DNA from: Eledone cirrhosa
Lineage: Eukaryota
Assembly: GCA_964016885.1 (NCBI GenBank)
Contig: OZ024741.1
Location: 148,738,001 to 148,802,000 of the forward strand
Direction of reading: 5' to 3'
Length of the DNA: 64,000 bases
Position 1 is the first letter of the stretch. Every line of letters begins with the position of its first letter. Positions 1 to 12,830 of the stretch are shown here, one piece after another. Position numbers and translations under genes: made by a program. Under the pieces are notes generated by a model that was not told the DNA's origin, searched no databases, and saw only the letters and a program-made list of their open reading frames with translations.

Positions 1-185
1 GAAAGAATTGGCTAAATTGTCAGTGTTTATGTGGGAGACAAATAGAAGTGACTCTTATAGATTATTTAACAATTTTAATGATTATCCCTCCCTGCTTTCT
101 ACATTTTTTAAAACTATAAAACTATTTTACTATAACATTTCAAATTGCTAATGTTTTAAACATATCTTTATGCTAAATTCACTAA

Positions 186-530
186 CATGGCTGTCTGGTT
201 AAAGAATTCACTCCTCAGTCACTTTACTTTTGAGTTCAGGCCCACTGTGCGGTACCTTGGGCAAGTGTTTTCTACTGTATCCTTGGATTGATCAACACCA
301 TGTGAGTGGAATTTGGAGCAGGAACTGTGAAGAGGCCTGTTGTATATATATATATATATATATTGTGTGTGTGTGCATATAAATTTCCCACAACTCAGTG
401 GTTCAAGAAGAGAGATTGATAAAATAAGTACAAGGCTTGAAAAATATGCACTGGGTTCGATATGATCGACTAAATTAAGATGGTGCCCAGCATGACAGTA
501 TCGTGACTGTAATCAGTAAAAAAATAAAAG
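186..530 (+). mobile_element. Old SINE family C (CATGGCTGTGTGGTT head, internal microsatellite)
   Basis: Diverged copies at ~5806-6100, 19481-19770, 32530-32700 (-), 45528-45670, 51660-51850. Confidence 0.65.
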
Positions 531-1429
531 AGAATGTCTGCAATAGTTATATATTTTGATGGGATTAAACTCAGTATATTACTGGTACTGATTGGCTAAA
601 GTAAGAAAAGATAAAGGTAATGAAAGAGAATCCACTTTACCCTCTGCACCAATTTAACTGGATAACAATGATAACAGCAAATGTTTTTTTTTCTCCTGAT
701 TTACTTCATTGTGAAATTTATCAATCATTGATGATTAATTTATTGATATTTTTGTAATACTCGCTACAGTAATATCTGTACCTGTGTGCATTCATTGTGT
801 GCTAGGTGGGCCATATAGAGATAAACGCCTTCATTACTTCATTTAAACATGCTCTAGTGCACATTACTTTGTTACACACACCCTTCATGGTAACAGATGT
901 AGTTGTCTAACCAATCAAGCACATTTATTCACACACACACACACACTATCATCATTGTTTTATGTTCTTTCTCCCATGCTGGCATGGACCAGACATGCAC
1001 ACAGACCTACAGAGTTGAAAATCCAGAGTAGAGAACTTTGAATTGGCTTTAATATATATATATCTGTATCCTATCCGCAATGGGAAAGTACCATAGGGCA
1101 TGCACATCTCTCTTTTATACCCCATGACCCCCATCAATGCTTCCTCAGGCAGCTCACTCTGTAAAGTGGTAATGCTAGTGCCTTAATGAAAAGCATCTAG
1201 TCCATCCTTGGTCCCAGCACATACTGTAAACTGGTTGGCATTAAGAAGGGTGTTCAGTCATAGAGAGCAATCCAAAATGGAGCATATGAGTAGGACGTGG
1301 TCACCTGGCCAGTCTAGCCTCGGAATGTGACAGCCTGTCTAACCCATTCAATCATGAAAAATAGAAGTTACATGGTGTTTATATATATATATAAAGCATG
1401 GAAAAGTGGACATAAAAACAATGATGGTG

Positions 1430-1481
<52 letters not shown>

Positions 1482-1482
1482 T

Positions 1483-1928
1483 GAAGGCGCATAGCTTAGT
1501 CGTTAGAGCATTGGGCTTGCAATCGAAAGGTTGTGAGTTCAATACTCGAACCGGACCGGGTGATGTGTTGTTTCCTTGAGCAAAACACTTTATTTCACAT
1601 TGCTCCAGTTTACTCAGCTGTAGAAATGAGATGATAGGACTGAGGTCCCCTATCATTCCACTGCAAAGTGGTCGTGGGGGTGCCACGGCAAAAAAGCACC
1701 CAGCCCACACTGTAAAGTGGACGTGTAGGCGCCATGGAAAAAAGCACCCAGCACTCACTGTAAATGAGCTTGGTGTTAGGAAGGGCATCCAGCTGTAGAA
1801 ATCAAACCAGAATCAGTTCCCGTATGAGCAAGACAAGGTCAGCCAACCGGACACTGCTCACAACAGGACAATCCTGTCTAACCCATGCTAGCGTGGAAGA
1901 ACGGACGTAAAATGGTGATGATGATGGT
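1483..1928 (+). mobile_element. tRNA-derived SINE, family A, with RTE-like 3' tail
   Basis: A-box-like GCTTAGTCGTTAGAGC, B-box-like GAGTTCAATAC, 3' GGAAGGGCATCCAGC...CCCATGCTAGCGTGGAA...(GAT)n; near-identical heads at 3748-4088 and 27864-28153. Confidence 0.85.
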
Positions 1929-3715
1929 GATACACACACGCACACATATATTTTAATACAAAATCTACCTATCTTACTTTTTTCTGGAGTTGTTAATTTG
2001 TATTTAGTGGTTGGCAAGAAAATAATCTTTATGATCTTTTAAAGAAATGAATGATTCACAAAGCAAAAATTTGTTGTTGTTGTTGTTGTCTGTTTTAAGG
2101 TTTATACCTATTTCTCTTGATTCCTGTTGATGATAATGTTGGGAAGTTATCTATGGCATATACAGATATCAGTCATGTATATATTTTTGGTTTTGTTAAT
2201 ATGTATTCTTTATATTTTATAATTGTATTTTTGATTCCACAATTTTTAACATTAAACAGGTTAATTATCAAGTGCTCAGGTGCATGGCCTAGTGGTTAGG
2301 GTGTTGGACTCGAGATCATAAGCTCATACGTTTGATTCCTGGACTGGACTGTGTTGAGCAAAGTGTCTTATTTCGTGAGAGGATTAAGGAACCCCTCTTC
2401 TTATCATTGTAACACTCAAGAAACCTCATATGAGGCCAGTTAAACCTGCGCAGATGTGAACTGTAAATTTCATTTCATTTTTATCATTTATCATGTACTT
2501 CAGTAAGAGACAATAGACGCCTTTGTAAATGTATACCAGTTGATATTGTAGAGTTCTACATGCCTATAACTAAATCTATTCAGTAAGATAGACAATAGAC
2601 ACACCTTTGTAAATCTATGCTAGATAATATTGCAGAGTTCTGTTAGTCTATAACTAAATCTCTTGAAAAGCTTTAGAATTCACTAAAATTGATTGAAAGT
2701 TTTATCCCAATTAGGGATTTTCACATTAACTCTTTGGATACTGAAACCACCTCTGGTTCTATGATACAAAAAACGTTATTTTAAAATTATATTTCTCTAA
2801 TAACATACCAATTTTTATAAGAGCCTTTGTTAAGGTGTTTCAAACATTAACTTAATGAAACGTTTGGTTATATTACTAAAATGATTTGAAAATCACAGAC
2901 TGACTTTCATAGGTAATATAGTGGAGACGTCTTGTGTTCTTGGCCCTAGGACCACCATCGGCATCGAGTTGGCTACCCGCAGGTGTGAACCTCTTGAGCT
3001 GGAATGGGTCTGCCAACGCGTCTCCTTCACCATCCTCTGGGGGAAATGCCTTCTCTATTGTGTCCTCCAGGGCCGTGGGGCAGCCAGAGCGGGGATGGTG
3101 GGCTTCATTTGCTTAAGATAGTGAGATGGGGAGAGCAAGAGAGACGGAGGCAGTGAATGAAAGAGAGAGAACATCAACACTTATTTACTTATTTATTTGT
3201 ATTTACTTAAAACACTTTATTAACTCTTTTAAACTTCAATCATTTTAAATATCGGGAATCTTTTGCTATCTTATGGCAATTCTTATTGTGTTAGATGTAG
3301 TGGCCAGGGTTTGTATGCTATAACCATAGATTGTAAGATTCTGATATGCAGAGTTTGGTTTTTATTTTGTTGATGTACTGTTTATTTTAGAAATTATAAC
3401 TGATCATACAAAATATACCATTAGGAAGGAGTTAAATTTAGATATCACAGTTATATACAAATCTAAGGATAGTTAATTTCTTAGATAGAACTCTATAGTG
3501 GTGAATATTAACTTTTAACATCCTCTCATGTGGTTTAGAAGAAAATATCTAAAAATGGGATTATTAATTCAAATGTTTATAGTATGGACAATGGACAGAA
3601 TTTTGTGAAAATTTGCAGTATTTAATGTGATGCGGTTATAATGCTGTTTTGTACTTTTCAAGAATGTCTTGCTATTGTGGTTTCATGTGGTACAGGTCCT
3701 GTACCACGTTAAGAG

Positions 3716-3747
<32 letters not shown>

Positions 3748-3750
<3 letters not shown>

Positions 3751-4088
3751 TCATCATCATCATCATTTCATTTTACGTCTGCTTTTCCCTTCTTGCAAGG
3801 GTGGGACGGGAACTAATTCTGGCTTGATTTCTACAGCTGGATGCCCTTCCTAACGCCAACCTCATTTACAGTGAGTGCTGGGTGCTTTTTTGCCGTGGCA
3901 CCTCCACGACCACTTTGCAGTGGAATGATATGGCCCCCAGTCCTATCATCTCATTTCTACAGCTGATTAAACTGGAGCAATGTGAAATAAAGTGTCTTGC
4001 TCAGGGAAACAACACATCACTCGGTCTGAGAATTGAACTCACAACCTTTCGAGTCCCAATGCTCTAACCACTAAGCCATGTGCCTCCA
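3748..4088 (-). mobile_element. tRNA-derived SINE, family A
   Basis: Reverse complement of the 1483 and 27864 copies, (CAT)n tail on +. Confidence 0.85.
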
Positions 4089-5150
4089 TATATATATATA
4101 ATCTTTTTTTGTATATAGCAAATAATCAATAATTTGAAAATGTTTTTAAAATGTGATTTCCAAAATCAATATATTTTTCTTTTCTTACTTGGATACTTTT
4201 AATCAGTGAAATATATGAAACGGAAAGAATACAATGAAAAGAACAGATGAAATTATTTTTCAGCATGAAATATATAAAACTCACTTCACAAAAATACAAA
4301 CTTATGTGATAAAAAGCTTCTGTAGTATTCATTGGAGATGTACTACAAGTTATTAATCAACATTCGGTTATAATTAGAATAACTGAGAAATTGAAAGCCA
4401 TCATCATTTATTATTTTTATGTCCAATTTCAACGCTAGCATGGGTAATGAGATCCTTTTTCTGGCAGTTTTCCCTGTGGTTGGTTGCCTTTTCTGACACC
4501 AATCCATATCTTATTCTAACCATGGTATATCCCGTTGGTATTTGTGAAACTACTGTGTTGCAGAACGTTATTTATGGGGGTTATAGCCAACTATCACCAG
4601 GCTTTTATAATGTGTTGATTTCACATGTATATATATCTACATACAGATATTCAAATTCCCACCAAGGCCAATTTTGCCTTTCATCTTTTTTGGGCTGTTG
4701 AATAAAATACCAGTCAAATACTAAGGTTGGTTCTCCCCCCCCCCCCCTCTCTGTCTCTTACTCTGCCTGTCTCTATCTTTATGCTCCTTCCTATCTCTCT
4801 CAAAGAAATTAGCTGTTGGAGAATAATGGACACCACTACGTTTCAAATGACAGTGCCCCAATATCTCCATTATGGTATCAGTGATTAGTGATCAATGACT
4901 GTAGTTTTTACAAATTTCAGGAAGTCTTTTTTTTATATATTCAGAGAAATGACTTCTGTCTGTTGAATGTATGAACAAAACTTAACCAAACGTTGTCTCC
5001 TACACCACCTTTTATCAAATGCTGCACTCTATTATCTGATCTTATGGCCGCAATTATATGTATAGAAATTGAATTATAGTTTCTGTTTATTTAGAAAGCT
5101 ATCTCCACATTTCTGTCTTGTAGGATTCTTTCAAAGAAGATGAAGCATGA

Positions 5151-5187
<37 letters not shown>

Positions 5188-5422
5188 TTAAATGCTTTGG
5201 CCTCTACTGCAGCTGCCTAGTCTGAATGAAATGAGTGAACCAAGAAAGACTGCAAATAATAAAATCTCCAAGAGAATGGATAGTATTTATTTGTGTTATT
5301 TTTTTTTTTTTTTTTATGCTAGATGATCAACATGGTTGGTAGTGGAAAGCGAAACAACAGAGATAATATTTTGGTGAGTTAGGGAGAAAATATTTGTGAA
5401 AGAAACCAGAGGTCTTAGTTAA

Positions 5423-5671
5423 CCCTTTTGTTACCATATTTCTAATGAAAGATATTGCCTATGATTTTGAAATAATTTTGAAATAATTTTAAAAATAAAA
5501 ACAATTTGGAAGGATTAGTAATATAATTAACTTTCTCATTATTAAGTCAGTGTTTGAAAGCATCTTTTAACAAAGGTTTTTACATAAAATTATGATGGAA
5601 GGCTTTTAGATAAATATAAATACTTAAAAATATTGCAATGTAGAACCATGGGCGGTCTGGTACCAAAAGGG
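5423..5671. mobile_element. piggyBac-type AT-rich MITE (~250 bp), abundant family
   Basis: TTAA|CCCTTTTGTTACCA ... TGGTACCAAAAGGG|TTAA; decayed copies near 10490, 12110, 18850-19300, 21780, 26415, 38570, 41480, 44850, 51190 and 53-55 kb. Confidence 0.75.
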
Positions 5672-7096
5672 TTAAGTGGGGTTTGTGAATTTGGAATGTA
5701 AATTGCATGCATTAAAAAATGAATTTTTTATGTGGCATTTAAAAAGTATATTGCGATGTATTATAGAAAATAATATATAGTCTTACGTTATTTTTATCAA
5801 CAATAGGCATGGCTGTGTGGTTTTAGGTTCAGTCGCAACTGTGTGACTCAAGTTAACCAATGCTTTGGGAGTGAAATTTGGCAAGCAGAAACTGCAGATG
5901 GTCATCATATATATATATATATGTGTGTCAATGTTTGTGTTGTTTATTGTTTGTTTATGTCCCATAACTTAGCAGTTGGGCAGATAGATATTAATAAAAT
6001 AAATACCAGACTTGAAAAAAAGAAGTGCTGGAGTAGATATGATCGACTAAATCCCTTGAAGGCAGTGCCACAGTCTATTGACTGAAACCAGTAAAAGAAC
6101 AAAAGAAAGAAAACTTAGAAAAGAACTAGTTTGGGGTTAATAGTTTTATACTTAGATCCAATATTTTTTCGCCATTTTCATCCTAAAATGATCTTTAACA
6201 AATGGCAGTGAAGCATTTTTGAGGTATAGTACATTATGCAAATAAAAATGGAAAAGCTGTTATTAATACTTATAATTAAGCTTTTAAAAAAAATATTGGC
6301 ACAATAAAGAAAAATGGAATACATGTTATTTGCTTCAGTATTATTCAGAATCTTGAAAGACATTCTCTACAATTTCTTTTCATGGCATAGCTTCCACTCA
6401 GCAGACCAGGCAGTCATATTTCACAGGTAAATCTCCAGAAAATTTTCTTTCCAATCCACTAAAAACATCAATGCTTTTAAAAATGATTGTGTACTGTTAT
6501 TTTCATAAGTCTCTGAATTAGAAGTTTTTAGGGTTGAATTGTGTTTTATCACCATTTATTTGTTTTCTCCTGGTCTCTGAATTGGTTGCTTACACTTTCT
6601 CAGTCATTTATTCTGCCAAACACTGTTGTAGATCTTTCAATAAAAAAAAACTGCAATGGAACCTAGAACAAATACAACATGTAATTCAATTGAATGCGGG
6701 GTATCATATCTTACACTTGATCCCAATCTGTGCTGTCGACATTCCAAGTGGGTATTTTGATGTGAAATAGCTGTATATTTGTTTAGTTGTTTATCCAGAG
6801 AAAGTATTCAATTTATTACTGATAATATTTGAATATAAATATTTACTCTTCAAATGTAGCTAGCTATGATTGTGTTGGTGTTTGACAATTAATCAAATTG
6901 TTGCCAGAGACAATATACTGTGTTCTGAGGTAAGGCACTTCATTGCACTTATATTTTGTTCAAGATATAATAGTTCTAAAACAGCTCTTTCAACAATTCA
7001 TTTCAATCTCCTATCCCAAGTTGACAGAACATTCATTTCCCTCAATTGATAAGAAAATAATGAAAAGAAATACTCTACTATTTCATTGTGGTTACA

Positions 7097-7185
7097 GTTT
7101 AGGTTTAGGGTTTATGGGTAAAGTTAGGGCCAGTGTTAGAGTTTATGGGTAGAGTTAGGGTTTAGAGGTTTGGTTAAGGTTAAGT
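7097..7185 (+). repeat. Degenerate TTAGGG-like tract
   Basis: TTAGGTTTAGGGTTTATGGG...GTTAGGG...GTTAGGGTTTAG. Confidence 0.6.
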
Positions 7186-7902
7186 AATGTTTGTTTCAAT
7201 TTGAAGAGTGGGTTAATAATGAAGAAGCATCTTTATATATTTTATTAAATGAATTTTCAGTCTCAACCTGGAACTGAAATAGCCTCCACCAAAGCCCAAA
7301 CAAATTGTATAGATTACAAATTTCATCATTGAAAATCTTTCATATAAAAATGGTTTAATTATTATGATGTTGATTTAATTATAAAGTATTTTGTTTTAAC
7401 ATGAATAATTATTTTTAATTAACATCTTAGATATATTTTGTTACTATGGAAAGAGATATATCATGATGAAGTTAAATAATAGTGAAAGTATACAACCTAG
7501 TAGTTAGGGTGTTGGACTCACGATCATAAAGTTGTGTGTTCAGTTTCTGGATCAGGCAGCACATTGTGTTCTTGAGAAAGACACTTCAATTCACATTGCT
7601 TTTCTTGATTGGACTGGGGACCCCATCATTAAAACACCCGAGAAACCTAATTCTTAAATCTTATAAATCATATGATCATTCTCCTTCACATCTTATTTTA
7701 ACATAATGATCATTCTTTTACTATTCTTGCAGAGTTGGGATGAGATTTGGTGGGGTTGGGTTGTACTTTCTATGGTTGAATGCCCTTCTTGATGCCAACC
7801 CATATCTTATTTTTTAAGTATGGTATATATCACAAATATTCATCAAACCACTGGCATTTATAGGCAGTGCCTGTTGATATGAAGTTTTATGGCAAGTGGC
7901 TC

Positions 7903-7921
7903 ACACACACACACGCGCGCG

Positions 7922-8016
<95 letters not shown>
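7903..8016. repeat. (CA)n(CG)n(CA)n compound microsatellite
   Basis: Directly visible; other long (TA)n tracts at 1432-1477, 32044-32088, 36988-37034 and a mixed TA/TG tract at 9375-9595. Confidence 0.95.
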
Positions 8017-8018
<2 letters not shown>

Positions 8019-8283
8019 TCTTTCTCACATACTTAGTACACAAGAAGTCAAACTAATAAAATTTATAAAATTGTTTCAGTTGAAATTTAGCTTTGTTGCA
8101 TTATTTAATTTTCTCCACATCTACCTATGCCTTTTCTGTCAATATATTAGAAATTAGTGAATATTACAAGAAATCTCTATAAAACATTGTTAGACATTGA
8201 TATTATAACCTTTAAGCATTTGTATACATGCATGATTTTCTATACATGCATGTACATAAATATATGCATGTGTGTGAGTGTGC

Positions 8284-8324
<41 letters not shown>

Positions 8325-8484
8325 CATGTTTTTGTATGCACGCATACATATGTGAATGTATTTGTATACATACAAGTACAAATTGTATGAGCTTTTTCTT
8401 GCACAATATTATCTTTACAATTTGCTTTCCACGATGTCATGAGTTGAAGAGGTCATCGTGATCAGAATCAGTTCTTATTTGGAA

Positions 8485-9382
8485 CTAGCAGTGTATCCCG
8501 GCGTTGCACGGGTAAGAACATTGGTAATAGCACCTCCAATGAGAAACGTTTATTTGAAACGCTTGTTAAAAACTCAGGAAAATATACTGACAGGAAACTT
8601 GTTTTATTTGGAGAAAATTAAGAAGTTGAAAGTACAGTTTAGCTGTCTACGTGCATTGTTCATAGAAATATTGTTGAGCCCCTTCTTTTCATACTCCTCT
8701 GTTTTGGCCTTTTGGAATAAATGTGAAAGAGAAAGTCACAGGTTAAGTTGGCAGAAGGTTTGAGTGTCATAGCAGTAAGGCGTAGGCTACTTACCTCAAA
8801 AGTTCATTCGCACTCTTTCCACTAAGTTACTCTTTCTCTCTATCCCTCTCGGTGCAGTCCCTTGTGAATTTCTCGCGTAGGCCTGGTGTAGATTTGCACA
8901 CATCTGCTTTGTATGGCTTTTGGAGGAGGGAGTGACCAGCAGTACGTTGTTCGGTATTATTTCAAAAAGGGGCGGTGGATTGGCAGTATCGGTAGAGGGT
9001 CAGACGTCATGCTTTGACGCATAGTTATGGCCCTTGCCATTCTGAGTTCAAATCCCACCCAGGTTAACTTTGCCTTTCATCCTTACGGGGTCGATAAAAT
9101 AAAGTACCAGTCGCGCACTGGGGTCGTATTAATCGACTTTTCCCTCCCCCAAAATTGTTGGCTTGTGCCTATATAAGAAACCATTATTACGAAAAGGTCT
9201 AGCAGAGAATCCCGCGTGAACTAACAGCTCGGGAGGAAACTGCTTACCTCAAAGATTCATTCGTTTACTTGGTATTTGTTGGTCTACAGTTAGATGAATG
9301 GCGCACAAAGGGTTAATGTTTATTGGCAAGAAGTTTTTTTAATAATAAGATGGGTTAAAGCGACCTACAATGTATCTGTGTG

Positions 9383-9413
<31 letters not shown>

Positions 9414-9534
9414 ATATACATATATTTTTATGTGTATATTTATATATATGTATGTGTGTATATATATGTGTATGTGTTTGTATATATATATATATATGTG
9501 TATGTGTTTGTATATATATGTATATGTATACGTA

Positions 9535-9567
<33 letters not shown>

Positions 9568-9885
9568 GTGTATATATGTGTATATATATGTGTGTTTGAA
9601 TGTAGTGAAGATAATACGTCAGCAATGATGTGTTCGTCACAATGTTGTTATGCAGACAGCCAGACATACAGACAGGTATTATAAGGGCTCGACGGAGATC
9701 GGTAACCGGCGCCTAATACCCCTTTAACAACAGAAAATTGAAAAATCAAAGCTGCAGTTAGTATCTTTAGACTGCAAGGAATATGTAAATGCAAGTTTGA
9801 AGTCAATCGGAGTAGAAATATGGATTTGTATAGACTTTGCAAAAATGAGGACACACACAGACAACAACAGTTGTATATATATAGA
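8485..9885 (-). mobile_element. Non-autonomous Helitron carrying a nested SINE and a TA/TG microsatellite
   Basis: On - it starts TC and ends CTAG, inserted between A and T with no TSD; GC hairpin CCCG-TGCAACGC-CGGG about 9 nt before CTAG. Confidence 0.75.
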
Positions 9886-12379
9886 TTACTGCTTTCCTAG
9901 ATGGGTTGGGGACCACATCAGGCTCATATTTGAGCAGTAAAATCCTGTTATTTCTATTTTACCACTTATTTCCTGGGTGCATTGTACTTTTGTTGAGATT
10001 TTTTGTTATTTATTTGTTGATGTTTTGACTTCTGAAAATGAAAAAGAATTACACCAAAATAATCCAGTGCTTTCATACTCTAAATATATTGGGATTTTTA
10101 TATTAAAATTGTATCTTTTATTCATCTTAAACTCTCAGTGAAGGTACTTGGCCTAGTACTTAGGGTTTTAGGCTCACAATAATAAGGTCATGAGTTTGAT
10201 TTCTGGACAAAGTGGCAAATTGTGTTTTGGAGTAAGACACTTCATTTCATGTTGTTTTTCCTTATAGTACTTAGTCCCTTCTCATTAAATCACCTAAGAA
10301 ACTTTCCAAGAGATACAACCTCATCGAAGATTTATTTTTTTTTTAATATCTTTTACTGAAAGATATTTTTAACACATTTCATCATTAAAATTTATCTAAA
10401 ATTAAAAGAAAAATAATACTGTAAAGAGTTCCCAAGACAATGTAAATTAGAAGACTGCAGCAACAAACAGAGATATAATGAATTTAACTCTATTGATACC
10501 AAATTGGCTGTAACCACCACTGGTGCTATGATATGGAACTGTATGCTTTAAAGTGTTTATATATATCTAAAAAAACCTACCATCATACTTTTATGTAAGA
10601 ATCTTTGTTAAATATTACTGAAGCTCCATAGATTTTCAAAATTATTTGAAATTTGAAAATTCATTAGAAATATGGTAATGAAATAATTTATGACATTGTT
10701 AGCTAGATGTGTTTTCAATATGAAAATAAGCATTTTCTCTTTTTTCTTCACTCTTTAGTGATATGGAATGTCTGTACTATTGCACATACACACTCACACA
10801 CAAACACATTCACAAATTTGCACCATGCTTATTTCCCAACTAGATTTTGCGAGAGCTAATGCAATTTAGATTTTAAAATGGTTGGTGTCAATTGAGAAGG
10901 TTTTACTGGAGATTTTAATGACTAAAATATCAATTGAGATTGTTTTGTCTACGTTTCTAAGTTTTGAACTCATCATTATAATTACTGTTTCTTAGGATGT
11001 AGTGTGGCTGAATACTTAAAAACTTCACTTTGCAATCCTAAGCTTCTGGGTTCAATCCCATCTATAAATAATAATTGATCACTGAAACCTTTAGTACTTT
11101 TACAGTAAGTGTACACAACAATCTATTTATTACAGAATTATTGTTGGTTGAATACTATTTTGTTCATTTCATTTTGGTTGAATTTAATTTATATGTGGTA
11201 ATAATATCAATTTATTTAAAATTTTCATAACACTTATATGAAACTTAAATATCACAGGTTCCTTGATTCACCTTATTTTTATTTTTACCTCCTATTTAAT
11301 TGGACTCCTGATCATAAGGTCATAGGTTTGATTTCTGAACAGGGCAGTATGTTGTGTTCTTGAGTAAAATATTTTATTTTATATTTCTCCCTCTGCAGTT
11401 GTAACCAGAACATAGTGTTAGCAATGGAAAGGCCAATGAAAACAGTTCTTTAGTCCAATTTGATGATTGGCTCCTTTCCTTTCCTTTCCTTCAATATGGG
11501 TACTTGTTATTTTAAAAAATTTACTTTTTTTTTTAGGTGGGGGAGGTTATAGTTCGTGTCACTTTAATTTCTGTTGTATATTTTTAATTTCCTTTAATAT
11601 AGGGAGGTTCTTAACTAAGTTTACCGATTACAGAGAAATATAGAATGGCATGCATGCTAACAGGCAACATTTCGAACATTTAATGTAATGATAGACATTT
11701 TCACAAATTACCTATTTATTACTTTTAGAATAAAGTTTAATATCACTATTGCTTCTTTTTAGGAAGATAATTATGATCCACTCTGTATTTTGAATTTATT
11801 AAAATACACACAGGATTAAAATCAGATGATAATATCTCTTTTTTTTCAGCAATCATCTAATTTTATTCTTGTCAATAATATCAATCTGACTGATTATTCT
11901 TGGCTTTTATTTATATTTTTACTGCTCTTAGCTTAATTAATTTGAAATGTTGAATTAACAAATGTAGTCATACGTGGTTTAGGGCTTGTGTGTGTGTACA
12001 TATATACACATACATACATATATATAAATTAAGTTTGTTCAGCTAAAATCATCAATTTGTTATTAAGAGTTATTTTTTGCTTATTTCATATCAATTCTCA
12101 TTAACTCTTATAACAGCTATCTGACTGAGTTTATGAGACAAATTGTTTCATTTTAAAATGTTTATATTTAAATCAGAAACTTCTATCATAATTTTATGTA
12201 TGAAACATTTTTAAAAGTTCTAAGCTCTAGCATAATAATGAAAAAAATAGTTATATTAAATCACAATTTTCAAAATTAATTGAAAATCATAGGCGGATTA
12301 GTATTTCATTTGAAATATGGTCACAAAGAGTTTAAAAATACTACAAATTACAATCGGTAGATTTTGTCATTGTTTGCCA

Positions 12380-12830
12380 TGTTTGAGTGATAGCACTCAT
12401 CTCTCTTCTTGTCCAATGAGACTGGAGTCACCCTAGGTCAGCAATCCCTGAGACATCATGCATAGAGCCGGCCAGGTCCACCAGTGCCCTCCATTGCTAG
12501 TGGTCCTTTGCCAGCCCCTCTGCATCCTCCCAGGTGGTGTTGAGCCTCTGGAGATCTTTCTTGATGATATTTAGCCATCTAGTGCGGGGCTCTCGTCTAG
12601 CTTGTGGCTGCTGCGTCGAACAAGAGTAAGGCTCTAAGATGATCTGGCAAAATGCGGCAGATATGCCTTTACCAGTACTTGCGGTGGATCGCTATGGGGC
12701 AGGAAACATGGTGGTACCACCTGATGTTCTTGATGGTCCTCAGGGCTCTGCTATTAAAGCCGTTGATTCACTTTATCAAGGTCTTTGTGAGGGGCCACGT
12801 TTTTGCTTCCTAGAGTAGAACAGAAAGGCC
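12380..12830 (-). mobile_element. Degenerate non-LTR retrotransposon ORF2 3' fragment
   Basis: Minus-strand reading LSVLL*EAKTWPLTKTLIK*INGFNSRALRTIKNIRWYHHVS is typical post-RT LINE sequence. Confidence 0.65.

Noticed and set aside
7097-7185. Interstitial telomere or chromosome fusion scar
   Set aside because: Short, degenerate and single-orientation; more likely part of a repeat element
7858-9684. Many ORFs rich in YI/CV/HT repeats (also at 51870-52382 and 55713-56242)
   Set aside because: Translations of TA/CA/TG microsatellites, not genes
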